DNA from: Vulcanimicrobiota bacterium
GTDB lineage: Bacteria; Vulcanimicrobiota; Xenobia; Xenobiales; JADMJV01
NCBI GenBank assembly: GCA_050250895.1
Contig: JBFWNU010000001.1
Location: forward strand, 3,379,557 to 3,443,556
Direction: 5' to 3'
DNA: 64,000 bases
Under the pieces are notes generated by a model, which was not told where the DNA came from, searched no databases, and saw only the letters and a list, made by a program, of their open reading frames with translations. The position numbers and the translations under genes are program-made. Below, in pieces: positions 21,236 through 29,578 of the stretch. Positions within the stretch are counted from its first letter, which is position 1. Every line of letters begins with the position of its first letter.

Positions 21236-22137
21236 CGCTCCTCCGGCAGCCACAGTTCCAGGGCGGCGGGCAAGACGTCGACCGTCACCCACAGGCCCCC
21301 ATTGGGGTCCTCGGGTAGTTGCCAAAACTCGGCGTCGTGGTGGATCGGAAAGCCGTTCCACAAGAATTCGAGTTGGCTCACCGAGTCGCTGCGGACACTC
21401 TCACATTGAGGAGTCTCGTCGGCCGCCAGGGCCCGTAAATAGGTCAGATACGACTCGCGTTCAGACTCTTTCACCCGGATGATCTCCAGGCGACCGTCGT
21501 CAATTTTTGCATGCGGAGCCAGACCCAACCGGGGACCCACGGCGTTGGTATTCATAGCCTCGAGCAACAGGTACGGGCCTTCCTCTTCCCGGCCGTCCAG
21601 GCGAATACGCTGGCAGCTGGACGGGGATTCGAGCAAGACTTCGGCCAGGGTAGCCGCCCCCCGCAGAACGCTCTTGCCATTGTCAGGGCGATAGCGCGAG
21701 AGCGACTCGGCGTAAAGACCGAAGCCGCCGCCTTCGAGGAAAAAGCAGTCCCCCCAGGGAGCCTGAATGCGCCCCACATCCATCGGTTGGCGGCGCGGGT
21801 TGGCCAGACCGGCCAGCACTTCAAATGGGTCGCCCATCACTCCCAGGGCATGCCCGACATTGTTGGCCGTGCCGTTGGGGACGAGCGCCAGCGGGATCTT
21901 CTTGCCGATGAGTCGGGTGGCTACCGCCCGCAGCGTCCCGTCGCCCCCTACCGCGACCACCAGACCCTTGGCTTCGGGCAGGATCTGGTCGAGGTCGTGT
22001 TCGGTGCGAGTGGCTCGGTAGACGGGCTCAAAGCCTGCCTTCTCCAGAGCCTGCTGATATTGCTTGGATTGGTCTTCGGCGCTTCCGCCAGCGTTCGGGT
22101 TATAGATCAGCAAAGCTTCCTTGGGGGTGGTAGGCAA
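21232..22137 (-). CDS. Diacylglycerol/lipid kinase family protein
   Basis: IYNPNAG, GGDGT, PNGTANN motifs. Confidence 0.92.
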   Translation of the reverse strand: MPTTPKEALLIYNPNAGGSAEDQSKQYQQALEKAGFEPVYRATRTEHDLDQILPEAKGLVVAVGGDGTLRAVATRLIGKKIPLALVPNGTANNVGHALGVMGDPFEVLAGLANPRRQPMDVGRIQAPWGDCFFLEGGGFGLYAESLSRYRPDNGKSVLRGAATLAEVLLESPSSCQRIRLDGREEEGPYLLLEAMNTNAVGPRLGLAPHAKIDDGRLEIIRVKESERESYLTYLRALAADETPQCESVRSDSVSQLEFLWNGFPIHHDAEFWQLPEDPNGGLWVTVDVLPAALELWLPEER

Positions 22138-22231
22138 CTCGATATCCTCGCATCAAAGGTTCTCTACTCAGGCTACCTGGACGGGCCCCCTTCGACTATA
22201 CCCAGCGGGTGAATGCCCCCCCATCCTGGTG

Positions 22232-22261
22232 GAGAGCCCCGGCTGTTACACCGGGGCTCTC
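22232..22261 (-). terminator. Hairpin downstream of sodA
   Basis: GAGAGCCCCGG-n8-CCGGGGCTCTC perfect 11-bp stem; no U tract. Confidence 0.55.
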
Positions 22262-22282
22262 TGGGCCTTTGACGGAACTTGA

Positions 22283-22903
22283 TCAGGCTTCGACAAAGCG
22301 CTTTGCGACTTCTGTCCAGTTGATGATCTTGAAAAACGCGTCGACATAGTCGGCGCGACGGTTCTGGTAGTTGAGATAGTAGGCGTGCTCCCACACGTCG
22401 ACGCCGAGCAGGGGAATGTGACCCTTCATATGGGGGCTATCCTGATTGGGAGTCGAGTGGATCTTCAACTCGCCAGCGGCCAGACACAGCCAGGCCCAAC
22501 CGCTGCCGAACTGTCCGGTGGCGGCTTCTTTGAACTTCTTCTGAAAACCCTCGAGGTCGCCGAAGTGCTTTTTGATGGCTTGAGCCAGGGCTCCACCGGG
22601 TTTGCTTTCGCCGCCCGGAGCGATGACGTTCCAGAAGAGCGAGTGGTTGGCGTGACCGCCGCCGTTGTTGCGAACGGCTTCGCGGATATCCTCGGGGATA
22701 CTGCCGATGTTGCGTAGCAGTTCTTCGACGGTGCGGCCCTGCAGGTCCGAGTGGCCTTCGAGGGCTTTGTTGAGTTTATCGACATAACCCTGATGGTGCT
22801 TGGTGTGGTGAATCTTCATGGTGGCCGCATCGATCACGGGTTCGAGAGCAGCGTAGTCGTAGCCGAGAGCAGGCAATTGAAACTTGGTTTTAGTGGTACT
22901 CAT
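22283..22903 (-). CDS. sodA: Superoxide dismutase [Mn]
   Basis: HHTKHHQGY, NNGGGHANH, FGSGWAWL, DVWEHAYY; AAAGGAG RBS. Confidence 0.96.
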   Translation of the reverse strand: MSTTKTKFQLPALGYDYAALEPVIDAATMKIHHTKHHQGYVDKLNKALEGHSDLQGRTVEELLRNIGSIPEDIREAVRNNGGGHANHSLFWNVIAPGGESKPGGALAQAIKKHFGDLEGFQKKFKEAATGQFGSGWAWLCLAAGELKIHSTPNQDSPHMKGHIPLLGVDVWEHAYYLNYQNRRADYVDAFFKIINWTEVAKRFVEA

Positions 22904-23001
22904 GGGGTCCACTCCTTTCTAGGTGTACCCGATTATCCTAGCGGCGCGCCGGGGATAGGGTCTTGACCCACTCGGATAGCCCCCCTCCCCGCTACCGGAT
23001 A

Positions 23002-23169
23002 TCACGGGCAGCCGGCCGGTGTGCGGAGCGGTCTGACACTGGCCACGAGGTCGGGCTGGTTCACGCGCGCGTTGGCGAGTTCGCCTTTTCGCTCGATGGC
23101 GTAGCCGATGAGGGCCAGCACGAAGAGGTAGAAGACGGCTAGTCCGGCCGAGGCGGTGATAACTAACAT
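23002..23169 (-). CDS. Small single-TM protein
   Basis: AGGAGG RBS before the ATG; hydrophobic N-terminus. Confidence 0.55.
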   Translation of the reverse strand: MLVITASAGLAVFYLFVLALIGYAIERKGELANARVNQPDLVASVRPLRTPAGCP

Positions 23170-23215
23170 GACAACCTCCTTGAGGGGGCCGACCCGCGGG
23201 TCGGCCCCCAATCTT

Positions 23216-23965
23216 CTAAACTTGAGTGAGTCCGCCGTCGGCCACCAGCTCGGCGCCCACCACGAACGAAGAGTCGCTGCTAGCTAGGAACAAAGCGGCG
23301 GAGGCCAGCTCTTCAGGGCGGCCGAAGCGCTTGAGGGGAATCTCTTGCACGACCTGCTGTTGCCAGGCTTCTTGTTCCTGCTGGCTCAGTCCGATAGTCT
23401 CGAAGATGGGCGTGGCCACCGGGCCCGGGCTGATGGCGTTGACCCGGATGCCGCGGCCGATCAGCTCGGCCGAAAGGGTTCGAGCCAGTGATCTGAGGGC
23501 GGCTTTCGAGGCCGAATAGACGCTGGTGTTGGGCATGCCCGACTGGTTGGCCACCGAGGTGTTGAGCACGATCGAGGCTCCGTCGGCCAGGTACGGAAGG
23601 GCCTTCTGAATGGCGAAGTAAGGGCCTTTGAAGTTGACCTGCAAGAGGTGGTCAAAGTGGGCCTCGTCGACCTGGTCGATGGGGGCGAAGGCAGCCACGC
23701 CCGCGTTGAGGAAGAGCACGTCGACTTTGCCCCAGGCCCGGTCGACCTGGGAGAAAAGCTGGGTGAGATGTTGGGGGTCCGAGATATCCCCCTGAATGGC
23801 CAGGACCTGGTCGCCCAACTCGCCAGCGGCCTGGTCGAGCACTTCCTGGCGGCGCCCGGTGATGGCCACGCGGGCCCCTTCTTTAAGGAAGAGCCTGGCG
23901 GCGGCCAGGCCGATGCCGCTACTGCCTCCGGTGATGACTGCAACTTTGTTTTCAAGTCTACTCAT
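23216..23965 (-). CDS. SDR family oxidoreductase
   Basis: TGGSSGIG, NAG, YSASK, IRVNAISPG. Confidence 0.95.
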   Translation of the reverse strand: MSRLENKVAVITGGSSGIGLAAARLFLKEGARVAITGRRQEVLDQAAGELGDQVLAIQGDISDPQHLTQLFSQVDRAWGKVDVLFLNAGVAAFAPIDQVDEAHFDHLLQVNFKGPYFAIQKALPYLADGASIVLNTSVANQSGMPNTSVYSASKAALRSLARTLSAELIGRGIRVNAISPGPVATPIFETIGLSQQEQEAWQQQVVQEIPLKRFGRPEELASAALFLASSDSSFVVGAELVADGGLTQV

Positions 23966-24012
23966 TTGGGAATCCTTTCGGGACGGGTTTCGATAGACGC
24001 ATTCAATCATAG

Positions 24013-24028
24013 TTGACCGGTCGGTAAA
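24013..24028. promoter_or_regulatory. TetR-type operator-like palindrome next to a -10 element of the SDR gene
   Basis: TTGACCGGTCGGTAAA is an imperfect palindrome; minus-strand TATGAT follows 1 nt later. Confidence 0.45.
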
Positions 24029-24095
24029 GTGATGTCCGTCACCGTTGTGTCAGGTCTGTCTTGACAGTCTCCGGGTCTGGCGCTAGCATCGAGAG

Positions 24096-24446
24096 ATGTG
24101 GACACTCAAGCAGAGGGCGATGGCCTGCTCGTTTTGCGGGCACGACGAGAAGACCGTAGCCAAGCTGATCGCCGGCCCCCCGGGTATCTTTATTTGTGGC
24201 GGCTGCGTCGGATTGTGCCAGCAGGTGCTCAGGGGCGACGCCACTCCGGATTTCTCCCGGCTCGACCAACTTTCTGAACTCGAACTGTTGGCGTCGCTCA
24301 AGGCGACCCAGGATTGCGTAGCCGCCGTCGAGGGGATGCTGGCCGAACGGGTCGCGCAACTGCGTCTGCGGGGAGTAGCCTGGCAAGAGATCGGCCAGGC
24401 TTTGGGAATTTCGCGCCAGGCCGCCTGGGAACGATTTCGAGTTTAA
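24096..24446 (+). CDS. ClpX C4-type zinc finger fused to an HTH
   Basis: CSFCG..KLIAGP..FICGGCV; C-terminal WQEIGQALGISRQAAWERF. Confidence 0.85.
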   Translation: MWTLKQRAMACSFCGHDEKTVAKLIAGPPGIFICGGCVGLCQQVLRGDATPDFSRLDQLSELELLASLKATQDCVAAVEGMLAERVAQLRLRGVAWQEIGQALGISRQAAWERFRV

Positions 24447-24667
24447 CTCACCTGATGCGCGATCAAACCTCGTCTTGCGACGCTATCACGCCCAACTGCT
24501 GCGTCGCGGTCACCACTGCGGTGCGCCCCTCCGGGAGCTTCGCAGCCAATACAACCTGGTATTATCCGCTCCTCGCATTTGAACGCGCTATCGCCGCAAT
24601 CCTTCGCCCCGGCTACGCATCAGGCGGCTTTAACGAACTTGTGACCGGCTGTGGTTAGCCTCATCCG

Positions 24668-25348
24668 GTGAGCAACATCGACATTCATCTCAAGATCGAC
24701 CGCCACCGGTCGGGTAACACTCGCATCCACGGCCGCGTGGGGGCCGACCAGCACGACGTCAACGTCTGGAAAGGTCCACAACCTGGCGATGCCTACATCG
24801 AGGGACGCCAGAACGGGCAGCCCACCACGCTGCGCATCAACGGTGCCTTTTCGGACAGTGGCCAGGCCATTTTCGGCCGGGTGGCCGGAGTGCCGTTCAA
24901 AGGCAACTGGGCTCAGCAAGAGAGCGACGGCGACGCCCGGCTCGACCTGAACAAAGCCAATCTGACCATCGACAATGATCCCGCTGCCGGGACCACCGAG
25001 TCAAAAGGGACCGCTGTCAAGAGCAGCGGCAAAGTGGTCAACGCCGAAGGCGACGAAGAATTGACCCTTTTGGCTGACGGCCGCCGTATCAATCTTAGCG
25101 TGGACCGACAGCCGGGCGGCAACATCGAACTGCGCGGCCGCAGTGGAGACGGAAATTTTCGTGTCACCATGCGCCGCCACGGCCGCGAAGGCGACCTTCA
25201 GGTCGACGGTAGCTTGCCCGAGAACCTGGCTTTGCTACCCGTCATGTGGGAACTCTACGGCGACGACTCGGTCGAACCGCCGGCCAAGCCCCTGACCATG
25301 GGGGCGGCGGCAACCTTGAGCGCGTTCTGGGACACGCACCTGCGTTAG
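24668..25348 (+). CDS. Hypothetical beta-rich protein
   Basis: 226-aa ORF with typical codon usage, convergent with the radical SAM gene. Confidence 0.65.
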   Translation: MSNIDIHLKIDRHRSGNTRIHGRVGADQHDVNVWKGPQPGDAYIEGRQNGQPTTLRINGAFSDSGQAIFGRVAGVPFKGNWAQQESDGDARLDLNKANLTIDNDPAAGTTESKGTAVKSSGKVVNAEGDEELTLLADGRRINLSVDRQPGGNIELRGRSGDGNFRVTMRRHGREGDLQVDGSLPENLALLPVMWELYGDDSVEPPAKPLTMGAAATLSAFWDTHLR

Positions 25349-26862
25349 CGCGGCGGGGGAGTGCCCACCAGCGACGGGTCCCAGAAATCGCCCGACTCAT
25401 AGATGTGGCGCACCTGGCAGTAGATGAGCAGCGATTTGCTCACCGCCTCGGAGGCGGGCGTGCCTCGCCAGCGCAGACTCTGCTCTGTTAGCCGGCGCTC
25501 GCCATCACCTCGTTTGCGTAGCCGGTCCAAGAGCTGCAAAGCTACGGTCGACACTCCGGCTTCGGGACGGCAAGCTACGACCGGAGCGGGCCGCCCCACC
25601 AGCAGGCGCGCCATGGCTTCCAGCCGGCGCCCGTAGTTGTCGGGAGCATACAGATTGTTGGCCAGCCATCGTTGCCCCTCGACCAGTTGCTCGAGTGAGA
25701 AACCAGCGGGCTTGATGTTGGTCTGCCAGGGCCAGCCGAAGGCCACCTCGCGATCCTCCAGTCGCCCCTCGCGTCGGAGCCGGGCGTAAAGCGGGGTGCC
25801 CATCGGGGCCACCAGGCTAGAAAGAGTGAAAAGTGGCACGGGCGACTCCTGGGCGAAGGCAAATTGCCGCTCGAAAATGCTGGGGTCGTCGTTGTCAAAG
25901 CCGACCATCATTCCGGCGTGGACCAGAATTCCGTGCTCGAGAAATCGGCTGATGTCGGCGATCAAATCCCTCCCGACGTTCTGTCGTTTGCCGGTTTCTC
26001 GAAGGCTCGCCTCGTTAGGCGTTTCGACTCCGATGAAGACTTCACTCAGACCGGCCGAAGCCGCCAGTTCGAGCAGTTGGGGATCGCGGGCAGCGTCGAT
26101 CGAGGCCTGAGTTGCCAGCAGCACAAAGTTGCCTCGGCGCCGATTCCAGTCGCGAACCGCCTCGAGCACCTCGCGCGCCCGGGCGCGATGCACCAGGAAA
26201 TTGTCGTCGCAGACGAAGACCCGCGAGGCCCCGGCTGCGAGCAGCCCGTCGAGTTCTTGCAAGATGTTGGCCACCGGCTTAAACCGCTGACGGCGGCCCA
26301 GATACTGAATGACATCACAGAACTCACATTGGAACGGACATCCTCGCGACGTCTGAAGAGCCCCCAGCCGGGCGCGTTTGACCAGGTCGCGGCTCCATCG
26401 CGGGATAGGACTGGTCTCTAACTCGGGTCGCGTCCCCAGATAGGTGTCCCCGGCCTGACCCCGAGCCAGATCCGAAAAGAGCCCCTCGGCGATCTCTTCG
26501 ATCTCTCCGGTCACCAGCACATCGCAATGATCGCGCACCGCTTCAGGATCGAGGGTGACCCCGGGACCCCCCATAACGACGGTTAGTCCCCGTCGGCGAT
26601 AGCTGTCGCCGAGGGCCCGCATGCGAGGCAACTGGCTCGACTTGCCGGTGATGGCCACCACCGAGCCGTCAAAGTCGAGAGAGGCGGGGGTAAGGCGCTC
26701 GTCGCACACATGCACCTCGAAGAACGGTTCGGCCATGCTGGTCAGGGTGGGCAACACCAGGTCGGCGATGGCGGCCAGGGGCGTGGCTCCCCACTCGCGG
26801 GCGCAGTCAAGCTCGAAGAACGAGGGGGGAGCGGACGGGTTGATCAGGTAAAGGCTAGGCAC
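25345..26862 (-). CDS. B12-binding domain radical SAM enzyme
   Basis: TSRGCPFQCEFC (CX3CX2C) and N-terminal cobalamin-domain VVMGGPGVT. The GTG start overlaps the upstream stop. Confidence 0.92.
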   Translation of the reverse strand: MPSLYLINPSAPPSFFELDCAREWGATPLAAIADLVLPTLTSMAEPFFEVHVCDERLTPASLDFDGSVVAITGKSSQLPRMRALGDSYRRRGLTVVMGGPGVTLDPEAVRDHCDVLVTGEIEEIAEGLFSDLARGQAGDTYLGTRPELETSPIPRWSRDLVKRARLGALQTSRGCPFQCEFCDVIQYLGRRQRFKPVANILQELDGLLAAGASRVFVCDDNFLVHRARAREVLEAVRDWNRRRGNFVLLATQASIDAARDPQLLELAASAGLSEVFIGVETPNEASLRETGKRQNVGRDLIADISRFLEHGILVHAGMMVGFDNDDPSIFERQFAFAQESPVPLFTLSSLVAPMGTPLYARLRREGRLEDREVAFGWPWQTNIKPAGFSLEQLVEGQRWLANNLYAPDNYGRRLEAMARLLVGRPAPVVACRPEAGVSTVALQLLDRLRKRGDGERRLTEQSLRWRGTPASEAVSKSLLIYCQVRHIYESGDFWDPSLVGTPPPR

Positions 26863-29578
26863 CGAGAGTCCCCAATATCCTGAGATGGTGTTCCAGGGCC
26901 CTGGGGCGCAGAGACGCCACCACATCGGGCCAGCGAAGTTCCAGATTCAGGGCCAGGGAACGGGTCAGAAACTCGACTCGTTCGTCGACCGTTCCGTAGG
27001 CGGGCTGGGCCACTTCGACGAATTCGCCGCGGACCTGACCGGTGGGGGTAATCTGGGGATAGAAGGCCAGCAGTCGGGCCCCCGTTTCGACCGCCAGACG
27101 GGCGGCGCCCGAGCGAAACACGCGCCTTCGCCCACGAAATGCGACCACCACCCCGTCTTCACCGTCGTCCCAATCCACGGCCACCACTGCCACCCCTGCG
27201 CGGGAAAGTGCTCGTCGAGCCAGGTCCAACTGAATGAGGGACTCGGCGGTGGGATGCTGGGCGGGGTAGCCGAGTTGGCGTCGGGCCATCGTGCCCAGGC
27301 GGCCCACCGCCGCCAGGGGTCGGCCGGGGAAGGCCTCAGGGCCTAGCAGCAGGGGATTGAGCCGCGAATGGACGATGGCTAACACCGTTCCCCCTTCGGG
27401 CTCACTCCAGCCGCAGGCTGTAGTCCACTCGCTAGAGATGGCGTGGCGCCGCCATCGTGACCAGGTGTTGGCCAGCATGAAGCGGGTCAGTAGCGGGCTC
27501 CAGGGTTGCTCCACCTGGCTGACTTCGAGCAGTTGACGCAAAAGACCGAGCTCGGACCTCCACAGCCTGGTTGCCAGCCAGGGCTGGCTCAGCAGCCTGG
27601 TCAGCAGCCACGATCCCGCGGCATAAGGCAGAACCAGTCGACCCCATTGGGGTCCTCGTTCCCGCACCAGAGAAAGCCAGTTTTTGGCGGGCTTGTGTGG
27701 CCGTCCCGGGGGCGGGGCAGAAGGCGGTTGCATCGGGGGTGATTGGCCCATCACTAGAGCCACCAATCCATTCACGGTAGGTTCCTCGGCCAGGGCCTCA
27801 ACAGAAATCTCCACCGCCAATTGAGCCTCGAGACTCCAGATCAGATCCACCAGCGCGAGCGAGTCCAGGCCAACCGTCAGCAGATTAGCGTCGGCGTCCA
27901 GGGATTGACCCGTCTTGCTCTCGAGAACCCTGAGCACGTAGCGGACCAGGCTCTGGGGCGTTCGCTGGCGGGGAAGAGTGGGCTGGGTCGGGCCCCACCC
28001 CCTTAGCAGGTATGCTGCTCGGCAGGCTTGACGACGGAGTTTGCCGCTGGTGGTTACCTCGAGAAAGCCGGCTTCGACCAGGCGAACATCGGCCAGAACC
28101 AACCCGTGATGGTGCCAGATGGCGTGGCGCAAGTCGGCAGCCAGGAGCTCTTGCTGGGGGGGCGACAAAGATGACCGGCGTAGCTCGCCGATGAGCACCG
28201 CCGACTCGGTCGACTCACCGCCAGCCCGGATGCCGACCACGGCGACCCGCCGCAATCGATTTCCGCCAGCCTGCAGGGCTGTGTCTTCGAGGGGAGCGGG
28301 CGGGAAGTTGCGGCCTCCGCAGATGAGCATATCATCTTGACGTCCCACCACGTAAAGTTGACCGTTCTCGCAATAGCCGCGGTCGCCGGTGTGAAGCCAG
28401 CCGTCCTCGATGACCGCCGGTCCGTCCTCGAGATAGCCCGCCATGAGCGAGTGGGACCGGACCAGAATTTCTCCTGGTTGGCCATCCGAAACCATGCCGT
28501 GTTCTCCCCAAATGGCCACCTGGTTGCCCGGCAGGGCCGGACCGCAACTGACGACATCGTGGTCGTTCACCAGCATTCCGCCGTCGCTGATGGTCACCGC
28601 ACAAGTGGCCTCGGCCAGGCCGTAGCCGGCTCGAAAGGTCTCGGGACGAGCGCCGAAGGCTGCAAATTTTTGCCAGAAGTTGCGCATGGTTTCTGCTTGG
28701 ATCGGCTCTCCTCCATTGGCTACGATCCTCAGACTGCTCAGGTCAAGACCCGCCAGGTCCCGGGCTCGTGACCTGGTGGTGGCGTGATGATAGCCCCAGT
28801 TCGGCATGAAGATCATGCTGCCCGAGAATTCGCTGACGGCGCGAAACAGCAGCGAGGGGTTGCGCACCCACCGGGTGGGTGGCAGGGTGACCAGACGACC
28901 CCCGACTAAAAGCGGCATCAACAGATTCACCACCAGTCCAGCGTCGTGGTACCAGGGCATCCACCCTACCGCCACGTCGTCAAGGCCGAACGGAAAGGTG
29001 CGGGCCACGCAGTCGACCTGGCTCAACAGAGCGTGGGCCGAGATGAGCACGCACTTCGAGGCGCCGCTGGTGCCGCTGGTGAACTGCAAGAAGGCCGGCT
29101 CGGTGGCGGCTACCCTTCGGCCTTGAGCCTGCCGCTCGGGCAACCTGGCCGGGTCAAACTCGAGCACCGGGCAGGCTGCCTCAAGCTCGGCCCCGGGGGC
29201 GGCCACGACCGCCCGAATCGAGTATTTCTCCACCCGGGCAGCCAGGGTCGGCCCATAGACATCGGTGCGCCGGTATTGCGAGAGGTAGGGCAGGACAGCG
29301 GGAACCATCCCGGCGTAGAGGGCGCCCAGGAAGGCCAGGATCATGGCCAGGTCGTGCTCGCCCGCCAACAAGACGCGGCTGCCCGGCTCGAGACCGGCCG
29401 CCTCGAACCAGGCTGCGCTCCGGCGCACCCGTTGCAGCAACTGCCGATAGCTGACTTTTTCCTCGAGGTCTGGCTTGGGTAGTGACACCACTCCCCAGCT
29501 TCTGAGATCAGGCTCATCCCAGCGATCCAGAAGGTCGGCCAGGGGCGTGTCACAGTCGCCCCGAAGGCCGTGGGGCAT
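26855..29578 (-). CDS. Fatty acyl-AMP ligase + ACP + LpxL/LPLAT-like acyltransferase tridomain protein
   Basis: FLQFTSGTSG, WMPWYHDAGL, GYGLAEAT, TGDRG, TTSGK; ACP GLDSL; C-terminal VAVD...FRGRRRVFRSGAARLAVETGA. Confidence 0.85.
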   Translation of the reverse strand: MPHGLRGDCDTPLADLLDRWDEPDLRSWGVVSLPKPDLEEKVSYRQLLQRVRRSAAWFEAAGLEPGSRVLLAGEHDLAMILAFLGALYAGMVPAVLPYLSQYRRTDVYGPTLAARVEKYSIRAVVAAPGAELEAACPVLEFDPARLPERQAQGRRVAATEPAFLQFTSGTSGASKCVLISAHALLSQVDCVARTFPFGLDDVAVGWMPWYHDAGLVVNLLMPLLVGGRLVTLPPTRWVRNPSLLFRAVSEFSGSMIFMPNWGYHHATTRSRARDLAGLDLSSLRIVANGGEPIQAETMRNFWQKFAAFGARPETFRAGYGLAEATCAVTISDGGMLVNDHDVVSCGPALPGNQVAIWGEHGMVSDGQPGEILVRSHSLMAGYLEDGPAVIEDGWLHTGDRGYCENGQLYVVGRQDDMLICGGRNFPPAPLEDTALQAGGNRLRRVAVVGIRAGGESTESAVLIGELRRSSLSPPQQELLAADLRHAIWHHHGLVLADVRLVEAGFLEVTTSGKLRRQACRAAYLLRGWGPTQPTLPRQRTPQSLVRYVLRVLESKTGQSLDADANLLTVGLDSLALVDLIWSLEAQLAVEISVEALAEEPTVNGLVALVMGQSPPMQPPSAPPPGRPHKPAKNWLSLVRERGPQWGRLVLPYAAGSWLLTRLLSQPWLATRLWRSELGLLRQLLEVSQVEQPWSPLLTRFMLANTWSRWRRHAISSEWTTACGWSEPEGGTVLAIVHSRLNPLLLGPEAFPGRPLAAVGRLGTMARRQLGYPAQHPTAESLIQLDLARRALSRAGVAVVAVDWDDGEDGVVVAFRGRRRVFRSGAARLAVETGARLLAFYPQITPTGQVRGEFVEVAQPAYGTVDERVEFLTRSLALNLELRWPDVVASLRPRALEHHLRILGTLGA

